A stretch of DNA of 49,702 nt from an uncultured Cyclobacteriaceae bacterium (GTDB lineage Bacteria; Bacteroidota; Bacteroidia; Cytophagales; Cyclobacteriaceae): positions 1 through 49,702 of the forward strand of contig CBDUCT010000001.1 of the NCBI GenBank assembly GCA_965365715.1, written 5' to 3'. Shown in pieces: positions 26,861-36,831 of the stretch. The notes below the pieces were generated by a model. That model saw only the letters and a program-made list of their open reading frames with translations. It searched no databases and was not told the DNA's origin. The number at the start of each line of letters is the position of its first letter. Positions within the stretch are counted from its first letter, which is position 1. Position numbers and translations under genes: made by a program.

Positions 26861-28084
26861 TCATCGGTTTTTGATCAGGAAAATATATCCAAGACTCAGA
26901 TCCATAAAATCGGCTTTTCCAAAATTCGCATTTATATGAGATCCCAGATAAATATTATGCCTGGGCATTCTTTCATTGTTAATCAAATAGAATTTCAGAC
27001 CGAATCTTGTAACAAGGTATTTATTTCTAAAATACTTGAAGCCTTCATTAAATTCCCATCTGGAATTAAACTCATCATAAAAGGGTTTGTGCAAATTATA
27101 ACCAAATGCAAAATCCAACCCGATATGACCTATTAAAAATTCTGTTCCAACAAAAATAAATACATTGGAAGCCTCTGTTCTTGGATTTTCTCCTAAATCA
27201 GTTCTTAATCCATTTTTATGTCTGACTATAAAATCATAAAAGGAGTCATAGAAACGGTAGGTCAGCCCGAGATTTAATTTAATATGTCGCTTTAAAATGA
27301 TACCACCTGACAAACTGTATGAATTCACCGGAAAGTCTCTGGTGCCTACCGGGACAAAAGTGCCTCCAAGCTCATGCCATCCATAACCGAATCTTGCTTG
27401 CAGAAAATAATATTTCCTTTTATTTACAGGCATGTCTTCCATTTTCATGGCAAAATCCGGATCATAAGATTTTGTGGCAAATTGTGCAGCCAGACTCACC
27501 ATGGCAGAATTCATCCCATAATTTGGAATAGTAGTATGGGCATTGGAACTGTGTAAAAAACCAAGCCCAAATTTTAAATTAAGCTTATCAGTTACCAGAA
27601 ACTTCTTGTATAAAAAGAGTTTGAAAGCCCATGTGAATTTGGAGCCGATTACCTTATTGTCCGGATTGCTCTCATTATGAAACGGATGATTAAAATATGA
27701 TGCACCAAGCCCGATCTTAAAATCAAAACTTTTTCGCTGATTGCGTGAGGTCTTAAATATAATAAATGGGATAATACTAAATTCGTTCTTAAATACTTCC
27801 TGGTTTCCGAGGTTTGAATATGAAAATGAAAGTCCAACTGTAGGAAATTTGTAGAATTTGACCCAATGTTTTGAGGTATCCATGTTTAGCACAGACAGAT
27901 TCAAAACGTAATTAGTTCTTAACGTAGAATGCGGGAAATCTTCATAGATCTCAATATTCTTTCCCAGCATCAGTTCAGGTTCAATATACAACACCTTTAA
28001 AGGAGGTACTGTTCCAAATGTATCTAAAGAATGGATTAGAAATGCGAGGGTTAATGAAATGATATATTTCCTGATGATAGACAA
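26861..28084 (-). CDS. PagL-like acyloxyacyl hydrolase / lipid A deacylase-family outer-membrane beta-barrel protein
   Basis: LHSSNAHTTIPNYGMNSAMVSL resembles the remembered PagL active-site stretch HYSNGGLKQPNDGIESYSL. The sequence shows an alternating beta-strand pattern and an aromatic C-terminus. The apparent start is TTG, with no in-frame ATG near the signal peptide. Confidence 0.55.
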   Translation of the reverse strand: MSIIRKYIISLTLAFLIHSLDTFGTVPPLKVLYIEPELMLGKNIEIYEDFPHSTLRTNYVLNLSVLNMDTSKHWVKFYKFPTVGLSFSYSNLGNQEVFKNEFSIIPFIIFKTSRNQRKSFDFKIGLGASYFNHPFHNESNPDNKVIGSKFTWAFKLFLYKKFLVTDKLNLKFGLGFLHSSNAHTTIPNYGMNSAMVSLAAQFATKSYDPDFAMKMEDMPVNKRKYYFLQARFGYGWHELGGTFVPVGTRDFPVNSYSLSGGIILKRHIKLNLGLTYRFYDSFYDFIVRHKNGLRTDLGENPRTEASNVFIFVGTEFLIGHIGLDFAFGYNLHKPFYDEFNSRWEFNEGFKYFRNKYLVTRFGLKFYLINNERMPRHNIYLGSHINANFGKADFMDLSLGYIFLIKNR

Positions 28085-28102
28085 TTGGATAAATTATATT
28101 GG

Positions 28103-28483
28103 TTAATCCAAATTACCAAATTTCTTCTCCCGGTGAACTGTATCCAGAGAAAAAGGTGGGATACATATTGACCAGTATACAGCAGGAAAGTCAAACGGAT
28201 TGGTATATTTTACACGACCTCCCTTTTTGGCTAAAAATGATTCTCCTTCTTTGACTTCAATCTTCTCACCATCTATAAAAATTAATATACGCCCGGAGTT
28301 CATCAGGATAAATTCATCAAATTCGGGAGTTTGAAACGGTTCATTCCATCTAGGGGGAATTTCCATACGTGATATACTGCAATGCGGGTATTTATTGCTT
28401 ACATTTCCAAAATGTTCCTGGATCAATTTCAAATCTTCCGTTGGAATTATAAAAGGGTCGTCTTCTTTTATATAATTTTTCAT
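28103..28483 (-). CDS. Cupin-fold small protein
   Basis: 126 aa with a beta-barrel-like stretch (FILMNSGRILIFIDGEKIEVKEGESFLAKKGGRVKY). Function unknown. Confidence 0.45.
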   Translation of the reverse strand: MKNYIKEDDPFIIPTEDLKLIQEHFGNVSNKYPHCSISRMEIPPRWNEPFQTPEFDEFILMNSGRILIFIDGEKIEVKEGESFLAKKGGRVKYTNPFDFPAVYWSICIPPFSLDTVHREKKFGNLD

Positions 28484-28530
28484 ACCGCTTAGGATTTCAC
28501 GTCCGGGTCATCTATTAAACTTAAAAATAA

Positions 28531-29067
28531 CTAATCTTTTCGAATTTTTCTCTTAGCAAGAATATCCCATACAACAATTCCAATGCTGACTGAAATATTC
28601 AGTGAATGTTTTGTCCCATATTGCCGGATCTCAACCACATCATCAGCCAATTCTATGATCTCATCTTTGACCCCGGTAACTTCATTTCCAAAGATCAGGG
28701 CCATCTTGCTATAATCAGGTATAAAATTATCCAGATAACAACTTTCATCAGCCTGTTCAATGACGATGATCTTATATCCATTCTTCTTTAGACTTTTTGT
28801 AAGTTTAATTACATCTTCATTGTATTCCCAATCCACTGATTCCGTTGCACCGAGCGCGGTTTTGTTTATTTCCCTGTGTGGAGGCGTCCCTGTAATCCCA
28901 CACAGATATATTTTTTCCAGAGCAAATGCATCAGATGTCCTGAAAGCGGAACCTACATTATTCAGGCTGCGGACATCGTCCAGGACAATAATTATTGGTG
29001 TTTTTTTTAAAACTTTAAACTCCTCAACTGTCAACCTGTTAAGTTCCTCGTTTTTTAATTTTTTCAT
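28531..29067 (-). CDS. SpoU/TrmH-family RNA 2'-O-methyltransferase
   Basis: 178 aa. SPOUT motifs are present (VLDDVRSLNNVGSAFRTSDAF, LIFGNEVTGV, IRQYGTKHSLNISVSIGI). Confidence 0.85.
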   Translation of the reverse strand: MKKLKNEELNRLTVEEFKVLKKTPIIIVLDDVRSLNNVGSAFRTSDAFALEKIYLCGITGTPPHREINKTALGATESVDWEYNEDVIKLTKSLKKNGYKIIVIEQADESCYLDNFIPDYSKMALIFGNEVTGVKDEIIELADDVVEIRQYGTKHSLNISVSIGIVVWDILAKRKIRKD

Positions 29068-29349
29068 TTATCAAAATTCTATCAGATGAATAAAGAATCC
29101 GGATTTGGAATAATCGGCCGCCTCTTTGTAATTAAGTCATTACATTAATGTATGTTCTATTGATCAGATATTGCGATTTACATAACGAAGATGACATGGT
29201 AAATGGCATATATTATACTTGACAAATGTATGAATATGGATACTGAGACGAAAATTATTTAATTTAGAATATTAAGTCCGAGCCGAAATTTTTAATTAAA
29301 AATTAGCGTTAAATTAGTACGATAAATCTCCAAAATTTTAAAAGGTTTT

Positions 29350-31968
29350 ATGGTTAAGAGCAAATCAGGCGATAAGGAAACTCCATTGATGAAGCAGTAT
29401 AATGCCATTAAAGCTAAATATCCCGGAGCCTTATTATTGTTCAGAGTTGGGGATTTTTATGAAACTTTTGGAGAAGATGCCATCAGGGCCAGTAAGGTTT
29501 TAGACATAGTGCTTACAAAAAGAGCCAATGGGAAAGCCTCACATATAGAACTGGCAGGATTTCCACATCATGCATTGGATTCATATTTACCTAAACTTGT
29601 CCGATCAGGATTCAGGGTGGCAATATGCGATCAGCTGGAGGACCCTAAGTCTGTAAAGGGAATAGTAAAAAGAGGCGTTACAGAACTGGTAACCCCGGGC
29701 GTGTCGCTGAATGACAATGTGCTTGAAAAACAAAGCAATAATTATCTGGCATCTGTATTTTTCGATTCTAAAGAAGCCGGTGTAGCTTTCCTCGATGTAT
29801 CCACCGGTGAGTTTTCAATATCCATAGGTTCAGACAGCTATATAGAAAATCTGATACAAAGTTTCAATCCATCGGAAATTCTATATTCAAAGCCACAGAG
29901 AACGGTCTTTACAGAAAAATTTGGGGAAAAGTGTATTCAATTCGCCCAGGAAGACTGGATTTATACCATAGAATATGGATACGAAAAGTTGATCCGGCAT
30001 TTCAAGACCAGTTCACTTAAAGGATTTGGAATAGAAAAATTAAAAGAAGGTATTATCGCCGCAGGGGCTATCTTACATTACCTGGAAGAAACGGAACACA
30101 AAGAAATCAGTCACATTAATTCAATATCTAGGATTGAAGAGGATAATTATGTCTGGCTGGATAAATTTACCATCCGTAACCTTGAATTAATTTCCCCTCA
30201 ACAGGAAGATGGCATCCCTTTGATTGAAGTATTGAATAGGACATCCACGCCTATGGGCGCCAGGATCCTAAGAAAGTGGTTGCTTTTTCCATTGAAAGAT
30301 CTCGATAAAATAAATGAAAGACATGAGATCGTTGAATCCCTCAATAAACACGAATCAATCCATGAAGAAATCCTGGATAATTTAAAGGCCATCGGTGATT
30401 TGGAACGCCTTGTCTCCAAAGTAGCGGTCAGAAGGATCAATCCACGGGAATTAAACCATTTGAAAAAGTCCATTCTACATACACAACCTATAAAGGAGAT
30501 CCTTAAAAAATCCGGGAAATCAAGTCTGGTAGCTATATCTGATAAACTGAATTCGTGTAAAAAACTTCTTGAACGTATAGAACATGATTTGAAAGAGGAT
30601 GCGCCCATGTTAACGAACCAGGGCGGTATTATCAAAGAAGGCGTACATGATGAACTCGATGAATTAAGGAAGGTTTCTTATTCCGGAAAAGATTATTTAC
30701 TACAGATACAAAAAAGAGAGACTGAAAAAACGGGTATATCATCTCTAAAAATAGCTTATAACAAGGTTTTTGGTTACTACCTTGAAGTTACCAATGCACA
30801 TAAAGATAAAGTCCCTCAGGAATGGATCAGAAAACAAACCCTTGTCAATGCTGAACGGTATATAACAGAGGAATTAAAATCTTATGAAGAAAAGATTCTG
30901 AATGCGGAAGAAAAGATCATACAGATTGAGATGAAACTGTATGACGATCTTATATCCTATGCTGGTCAATATATAAATGAAGTTCAGGGAAATGCCAGGC
31001 AACTGGCCAATCTCGACTGTCTTTCCTCTTTTTCACAAATAGCCAAAACCAATAATTATGTAAAACCGCTGGTTAATGATTCTACCAATCTGATTGTTAA
31101 AAATGGAAGGCACCCGGTCATTGAGCATCAGCTTCCGCCGGGAGAATCCTTTATTCCTAATGATATATACCTTAACAACGACTCCCAACAAATCCTGATC
31201 ATAACAGGTCCTAATATGTCTGGGAAGTCAGCATTGTTGAGGCAGGTTGCCCTGATTTGCCTGATGGCGCAAATAGGATCCTATGTTCCGGCATCCAGCG
31301 CTGAAATTGGAATTGTCGACAAAGTATTCACCAGAGTTGGTGCTTCGGATAATCTTTCCCGTGGTGAATCTACTTTTATGGTGGAAATGACTGAGACAGC
31401 AAGTATCCTGAATAATTTAAGTAACCGCAGCCTGGTATTGATGGATGAGATCGGTCGGGGTACGGCCACATATGACGGGGTTTCCATTGCCTGGTCAATT
31501 GTAGAATACTTGCATAATCATCCAAAATACAGGGTAAAAACCCTTTTTGCCACGCATTATCATGAATTAAACCAACTGGCAGATGATCATCCCGGGATAA
31601 AGAACTACAATGTATCCGTTAAAGAGATCGGGAATAAGATCCTGTTTTTACGAAAGCTGGAGGAAGGGGGAAGTGAACACAGTTTTGGGATCCATGTTGC
31701 ACAAATGGCAGGGATGCCCAATCAGATTGTGATTCGATCTAATGAGATATTAAAGCATCTTGAAAAGGAAAAATTAAAGGAAGAAACGAAAAAATCATTA
31801 GATTCAGTTCCAAAGCAAAATTATCAGCTGAGTTTATTTGAAGCGGATCCTAAATTTGAGGAGATAAAAGAATTATTGGATAATATTGACATAAACACCG
31901 TTTCACCGGTTGAAGCATTACTCAAATTAAATGAGATCAAAAATGCACTGAAAGGTAATAAAGAATAA
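29350..31968 (+). CDS. mutS: DNA mismatch repair protein MutS
   Basis: 872 aa. N-terminal mismatch-binding region (TPLMKQY...GDFYETFGEDA), Walker A GPNMSGKS, and the DEIGRGTATYDG and HYHEL motifs. Confidence 0.97.
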   Translation: MVKSKSGDKETPLMKQYNAIKAKYPGALLLFRVGDFYETFGEDAIRASKVLDIVLTKRANGKASHIELAGFPHHALDSYLPKLVRSGFRVAICDQLEDPKSVKGIVKRGVTELVTPGVSLNDNVLEKQSNNYLASVFFDSKEAGVAFLDVSTGEFSISIGSDSYIENLIQSFNPSEILYSKPQRTVFTEKFGEKCIQFAQEDWIYTIEYGYEKLIRHFKTSSLKGFGIEKLKEGIIAAGAILHYLEETEHKEISHINSISRIEEDNYVWLDKFTIRNLELISPQQEDGIPLIEVLNRTSTPMGARILRKWLLFPLKDLDKINERHEIVESLNKHESIHEEILDNLKAIGDLERLVSKVAVRRINPRELNHLKKSILHTQPIKEILKKSGKSSLVAISDKLNSCKKLLERIEHDLKEDAPMLTNQGGIIKEGVHDELDELRKVSYSGKDYLLQIQKRETEKTGISSLKIAYNKVFGYYLEVTNAHKDKVPQEWIRKQTLVNAERYITEELKSYEEKILNAEEKIIQIEMKLYDDLISYAGQYINEVQGNARQLANLDCLSSFSQIAKTNNYVKPLVNDSTNLIVKNGRHPVIEHQLPPGESFIPNDIYLNNDSQQILIITGPNMSGKSALLRQVALICLMAQIGSYVPASSAEIGIVDKVFTRVGASDNLSRGESTFMVEMTETASILNNLSNRSLVLMDEIGRGTATYDGVSIAWSIVEYLHNHPKYRVKTLFATHYHELNQLADDHPGIKNYNVSVKEIGNKILFLRKLEEGGSEHSFGIHVAQMAGMPNQIVIRSNEILKHLEKEKLKEETKKSLDSVPKQNYQLSLFEADPKFEEIKELLDNIDINTVSPVEALLKLNEIKNALKGNKE

Positions 31969-31972
31969 AGCT

Positions 31973-33202
31973 ATGATAAGGAAAGTGTTGCTGCTGACGG
32001 TTCTTCAAATTGTGATATTGTGTTTCAGTGCCAAGTCACAGCCTATGTCTGTCCAGTATTACAACATGGGGCAGGATGCGCTTCTACAGGGCGATCTTCT
32101 GAATGCAGAAGCCCAATATACGCGTGCCATTGAATTAAATGAAAATTATGCGGAGGCCTATGCTCAGCGGGGCTGGGTCAGGTGGTTCTCAAACAGGGCG
32201 GGACTTGCTTTAAAAGATTACAATAAGGCCATTTTATTGAAACCTGAAATAATTACGACAAAAAATCTCCGGAAAGTATTTGGCCAGTTATTTGAAGACT
32301 ATAATGAAGTAATTGATGATTTCAATTATACCATCACCATAGATACCAGTGAATATAAAGCCTACAATGGAAAGGAATTTATTGATCTTGTGGCTGGTGA
32401 TCCTTTCATGAAACTCGATGAATATGAATCAGAATTAGAGAGCGATCCCGATAATTACCAGTTAATGATCCGGACGGCCCTTGCTGAATTTTATGTTCAC
32501 AACTATGGAAATGCAATTGAGTTATGCACCAGGGCAATTGAGATGAATCCAAATGGCCAATGGGCATTTTTTATCAGGGGAAATGCATATGCCATGATTA
32601 ACGATCTCAACAACAGCTTGAAGGATTATTATTCATTCGAGAAAATTGACAATGATTTTCCTGTGATGTACTTGAATAGAGGCATTGTCAATGTTAATCT
32701 GAATAACAGATATCAAGCCATGGAAGATTTTAATATGGCGCTTAAACTCAGGCCGGATCTATACGAAGCCAGGTATTTCAAAGGAAAGATGCTGGGAGAA
32801 AACGGAAAATATGATGAGGCTATCGATCTGTTAGATGAGGTAATATCTAATGATCCTACCGACCTGGGTGCCTTGATCCACCGGGGATTGTATCACAAAA
32901 AGAGAAACAACTTCATCGAGGCCTTATCAGATTATGATGTGGTCATAAAGAACGAGACTGGAATCGCTGAGGCCTATCATAACCGGGGAAACCTGCGGGT
33001 AATGATCAAGGATCTGAACGGTGCTATGGATGATTTCAATGAAGCCATTTCCGTTGATGAAAATTTGTCAATCACCTATTTCAACAGAGGAGTACTCAGG
33101 ATCCTGATGGGAGATCCATTCGAAGGTTGCCTGGACATTCAGAAAAGCCGGGAACTGGGATACGAAGAAGCTATTGATAAGGTAGATCTTTATTGCAATT
33201 GA
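31973..33202 (+). CDS. Secreted tetratricopeptide-repeat protein
   Basis: Signal peptide, then multiple TPR-like units (A..Y..AI.L.P..AEAY..RG). The start is 4 nt after the mutS stop. Confidence 0.8.
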   Translation: MIRKVLLLTVLQIVILCFSAKSQPMSVQYYNMGQDALLQGDLLNAEAQYTRAIELNENYAEAYAQRGWVRWFSNRAGLALKDYNKAILLKPEIITTKNLRKVFGQLFEDYNEVIDDFNYTITIDTSEYKAYNGKEFIDLVAGDPFMKLDEYESELESDPDNYQLMIRTALAEFYVHNYGNAIELCTRAIEMNPNGQWAFFIRGNAYAMINDLNNSLKDYYSFEKIDNDFPVMYLNRGIVNVNLNNRYQAMEDFNMALKLRPDLYEARYFKGKMLGENGKYDEAIDLLDEVISNDPTDLGALIHRGLYHKKRNNFIEALSDYDVVIKNETGIAEAYHNRGNLRVMIKDLNGAMDDFNEAISVDENLSITYFNRGVLRILMGDPFEGCLDIQKSRELGYEEAIDKVDLYCN

Positions 33203-33225
33203 TTATTTATTTTCACTTGATTGTA

Positions 33226-33261
33226 CAGGATTCACAGGCCGGAATCCTGATATTTTGCTTT
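33226..33261 (+). terminator. Putative terminator after the mutS-TPR unit
   Basis: 8-bp stem caggattc (33226-33233) / gaatcctg (33242-33249) with an 8-nt loop, then the T-rich tail tattttgcttt. Confidence 0.5.
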
Positions 33262-33312
33262 CCTGTTTTATAAATATCCTTAAGGTTCTTTATTCCCACT
33301 GAAAAATTTTTA

Positions 33313-34107
33313 CTACAAATTCTTTCTATTCAATATAAGATTTGTTAATAGAAACAAGATAAATACCCAGGCTAATCCTATTAGAATGGCAGTAAATGGA
33401 ATTGAATCAGGAACTTCAATACCTACATATTTAGGGAAAGGAAATACGATCAATTGATCCATGGCTTTAATCGGGAAAAACTGATCAATAACATCAGGAA
33501 ATTGCCACCGTATCAGAGGTTCAACCAATAATGGATAAATCAGGACCACAAAGATCGCGATCCCCGTTCTTTTTAACCAGGTTCCAATCAGCAAGGCAAA
33601 ATTCAAATACAATAATATTTCAAGGAAATAACCCAATAGAAATATTGAATTATCCAGCATCTCAGAACCAGCATCTATATCTGAATTATTGATGCCAATA
33701 ATTAGTCCCGCTGAAAAGACCACCAGCAATGAAACCAATGAGATAATAAAAATCATGAGGAGTTTCGATACCGTAAATTCCAAACGGGTTAATCCATTGA
33801 TGAGGTTGAGTCGAATGGTATTATATTGAAATTCATTGGTTATCGCAATTACTACATAAATGCCAAGCAGGATCTTAAAAAATCCTGAAATATACGTTAT
33901 GTTATGCCAGATATCCGGAAACTGAAGGAGGGGGACTAGACTTAAATCTATATCTCCATATTGATTATCACTGTAATCAATTGAACCGGCAAGATCCTGA
34001 AGGTTAAATAAAACAGTTATCAGAAACAGGTAGTGCATCCCCAGAATTATCCAGAAACCGGGATAAGTCCAGTTTTTTTGGAGCTCTAATTGAAATAACC
34101 GAATCAT
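33313..34107 (-). CDS. ABC-2-type transporter permease
   Basis: 264 aa with about 6 hydrophobic helices. It overlaps the upstream ATPase gene by 4 nt (ATGA), indicating translational coupling. Confidence 0.7.
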   Translation of the reverse strand: MIRLFQLELQKNWTYPGFWIILGMHYLFLITVLFNLQDLAGSIDYSDNQYGDIDLSLVPLLQFPDIWHNITYISGFFKILLGIYVVIAITNEFQYNTIRLNLINGLTRLEFTVSKLLMIFIISLVSLLVVFSAGLIIGINNSDIDAGSEMLDNSIFLLGYFLEILLYLNFALLIGTWLKRTGIAIFVVLIYPLLVEPLIRWQFPDVIDQFFPIKAMDQLIVFPFPKYVGIEVPDSIPFTAILIGLAWVFILFLLTNLILNRKNL

Positions 34108-35000
34108 TTATTATGATTTAGAAGTTCTAAAAATTTTGATTCAAGCGTACCGGTTCTAGTCATGAAATGCGTTGGATAAACCCCCTTTTCAATCAGATAT
34201 TTATGAAGGTCTTTTTTAGAGGGGCCCGGAAGGAGTTTAATAATGAATTTATCCCGCATTTTTTCGATGTCTTCAATACCTTTAAACTCAGACAAAAGTT
34301 GTTGAAGTAATTCTGAATCATCAGCCCAAATCTCAATTTGTTCTTCCCCTTCCAGGATCTGGTCTACGGGTCCGTCAAATATCTTTTTCCCTTTTTCTAG
34401 TACAGCCACATGTGAGCATATTTTCTGGACTTCATCCAATAAATGACTGGCGAGAAAGATGGTGGTTCCTCCTGAACCAACTTCGATAATGAGATTTCTG
34501 ATATCAGCGATCCCTTGCGGATCCATACCATTTGTAGGTTCATCCAGTACCAGTACTTCAGGTTCAGTCACTAATGCTGCAGCCAGTGCAAGTCGCTGTT
34601 TCATTCCAAGAGAATATGTTTTGAAAGAACTGTTCCTTCGCTCAGCCAATCCTACCTTCTCCAGTGTCGGGAAAATGTTATCTTTTCCCTTTCCCTTGAT
34701 CCTCGTGATGATCTTTAAATTCTGTACGGCTGTCAAATAGGGGTAGAAAGTTGGTAATTCAATTATAGACCCAATCTTATATAAAGCATTTTTTAGAGGG
34801 CTATTATCAAACCACTGAAATTTCCCAGAGGAAGGATTAATTATGCCCAGGATCATCCCTAAAGTTGTGGTCTTCCCACTTCCGTTCGGTCCGAGGATAC
34901 CATATACTTGTCCGCTGGAAATTTGCAGGTCTAAATTCTGCACAGCTTTGATTGCCCCGTAACTTTTGGAAAGTGTGGATGTTGTTAGTATTGTGCTCAC
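34104..35000 (-). CDS. ABC transporter ATP-binding protein
   Basis: Walker A GPNGSGKTT, signature YSLGMKQRLAL, Walker B LVLDEPTNGMD. GTG start. Confidence 0.9.
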   Translation of the reverse strand: MSTILTTSTLSKSYGAIKAVQNLDLQISSGQVYGILGPNGSGKTTTLGMILGIINPSSGKFQWFDNSPLKNALYKIGSIIELPTFYPYLTAVQNLKIITRIKGKGKDNIFPTLEKVGLAERRNSSFKTYSLGMKQRLALAAALVTEPEVLVLDEPTNGMDPQGIADIRNLIIEVGSGGTTIFLASHLLDEVQKICSHVAVLEKGKKIFDGPVDQILEGEEQIEIWADDSELLQQLLSEFKGIEDIEKMRDKFIIKLLPGPSKKDLHKYLIEKGVYPTHFMTRTGTLESKFLELLNHNK

Positions 35001-35122
35001 CTGAAGAATTACTTAATTACCTTAATCTCACGATTAAAACAGCAGGAAAGATACCTTAATTTTTCGGATCCTTTTTTAATCAACAAAAAAAATATCCTAT
35101 ATTCGTAAAAAATTATGGATTT

Positions 35123-35260
35123 ATGTTAGAGACCAATATTACTGAGGCCGCAAATATTTTTATCTGGATAGTATGTCTTGGAATTGGACTTGTTGCAGGC
35201 CTGATAGCAATAGACAATTACAGACCTAAAGAAAAGGACAAACAAGAATCTTCAAAATAG
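35123..35260 (+). CDS. Speculative 45-aa single-pass membrane peptide, below the ORF-track cutoff
   Basis: Hand translation gives MLETNITEAANIFIWIVCLGIGLVAGLIAIDNYRPKEKDKQESSK. It has one hydrophobic helix and a charged tail. A weak hairpin aacct/aggtt plus a T-run lies about 45 nt downstream. Confidence 0.25.
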   Translation: MLETNITEAANIFIWIVCLGIGLVAGLIAIDNYRPKEKDKQESSK

Positions 35261-35415
35261 TCCCAAACGTATAAATTTCAAATAATTGCATTCCCCATTC
35301 CGAATAACCTAAAAGGTTTTTTCTATTAAAACTGTGGTTTTTTCATAAAATGATTATTTTGTGTCGTATTAGACCAGAGATGGATTGTTTATTGATGTAA
35401 TGATTTGAAATAGGG

Positions 35416-36819
35416 ATGAACGTACGTTTAAAATTTTTTGGAGGCGCCAGGACGGTTACCGGTTCCAGATATTTATTAGAAGTTGATAATTTTAAAATAC
35501 TTGTTGACTGCGGATTATTTCAGGGAATTAAAGAATTAAGGCTGAAGAACTGGGAAAATTTTCCAGTTAATGTTGAGGAGATCGATGCTGTTTTAATCAC
35601 ACATGCACATATTGATCATACTGGTTATTTACCCCGCCTGGTAAGAGAAGGATATGGTGGTCCTATCTACTGTACCAAACCCACCGAAGACCTTATGCAG
35701 ATCATGCTCATGGATTCAGCAAAACTCCAGGAAGAAGAAGCAGCTTTTGCCAGGAAGAAAGGATATTCAAAGCATGAAAATCCACAACCACTTTATAATT
35801 CAAGGGATGTTGACCAGGTTATGCCTATGATAAAATCCTTTGACTTTAATGAATTGATTCAAGTAAGCGATCACATAAAAATAAAATTTCATAATGCCGG
35901 GCATATATTAGGAGCTGCTGTTATAGAGGTTCTTTTAAATGGAAGCAACCAGGATAAACGCTTATTATTTTCAGGTGACCTTGGCAGAAATGAAGATGTA
36001 TTATTATATCCTCCTTCAGAATTTCATCATGCAGATATATTGTTAATTGAATCTACCTATGGAAACAGGGATAATCCCCAGGGAGATCATTTATCTGAAC
36101 TGGCTAAAGTAATAAACCAGGCCCTCGACCGTGGGGGTTGTTTATTAATTCCAGCTTTTGCTGTAGGAAGAACACAAACAATTTTATATTATCTGAAACT
36201 TCTTTCTGAATCAGGCAGGATACCAGATGTACCTATATATTTTGACAGCCCGATGGCCTTCAGTGTAACTGAGATCTACCTGAAGTATTTTGAATATCAT
36301 AAACTGGAGGAATCCAGTTTACAGGTAAATAATGGTTCCGCCTTTGATTTTAGAAATCTGGAGTACAGGCAGTCACAGTCAGAATCAATTGGTATCAATG
36401 ATATAAATAAAAATGCGATTATAATAAGCTCGAGTGGCATGTGTACCGGGGGAAGAATTATGCATCATTTATTTCACCGCTTGCAACGACCGGACGATAC
36501 TTTACTCTTTATCGGGTATCAGGCAGAAGGTACAAGAGGAAGAAGGATACTTGAAGGTGAGGAAACTGTCAAATTATTTGGATTGGAAATACCGGTTAAA
36601 TGCCATGTTGAGAAGCTGGAAGGTTTTTCAGCTCACGCTGACAGGGCAGAGCTGCTTGAATGGATAGAAAATTTTCAGGATTCACCTAAAAATGTTTTCG
36701 TGGTTCATGGTGAAGAAAAGTCTGCACTTGGCTTTGCACATCTTATCAATAAAAAATATAACTGGAATGTAATTACGCCATCATTCCATGAGACCTATGA
36801 ACTGTTTCGAGGAATTTAA
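35416..36819 (+). CDS. MBL-fold beta-CASP family hydrolase (RNA-metabolising nuclease-like)
   Basis: HAHIDHTG (the HxHxDH motif), later GHILGA and ESTYG, and the C-terminal beta-CASP/RNA-specificity motif SAHAD. Confidence 0.85.
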   Translation: MNVRLKFFGGARTVTGSRYLLEVDNFKILVDCGLFQGIKELRLKNWENFPVNVEEIDAVLITHAHIDHTGYLPRLVREGYGGPIYCTKPTEDLMQIMLMDSAKLQEEEAAFARKKGYSKHENPQPLYNSRDVDQVMPMIKSFDFNELIQVSDHIKIKFHNAGHILGAAVIEVLLNGSNQDKRLLFSGDLGRNEDVLLYPPSEFHHADILLIESTYGNRDNPQGDHLSELAKVINQALDRGGCLLIPAFAVGRTQTILYYLKLLSESGRIPDVPIYFDSPMAFSVTEIYLKYFEYHKLEESSLQVNNGSAFDFRNLEYRQSQSESIGINDINKNAIIISSSGMCTGGRIMHHLFHRLQRPDDTLLFIGYQAEGTRGRRILEGEETVKLFGLEIPVKCHVEKLEGFSAHADRAELLEWIENFQDSPKNVFVVHGEEKSALGFAHLINKKYNWNVITPSFHETYELFRGI

Positions 36820-36831
36820 TAAATATCCATT

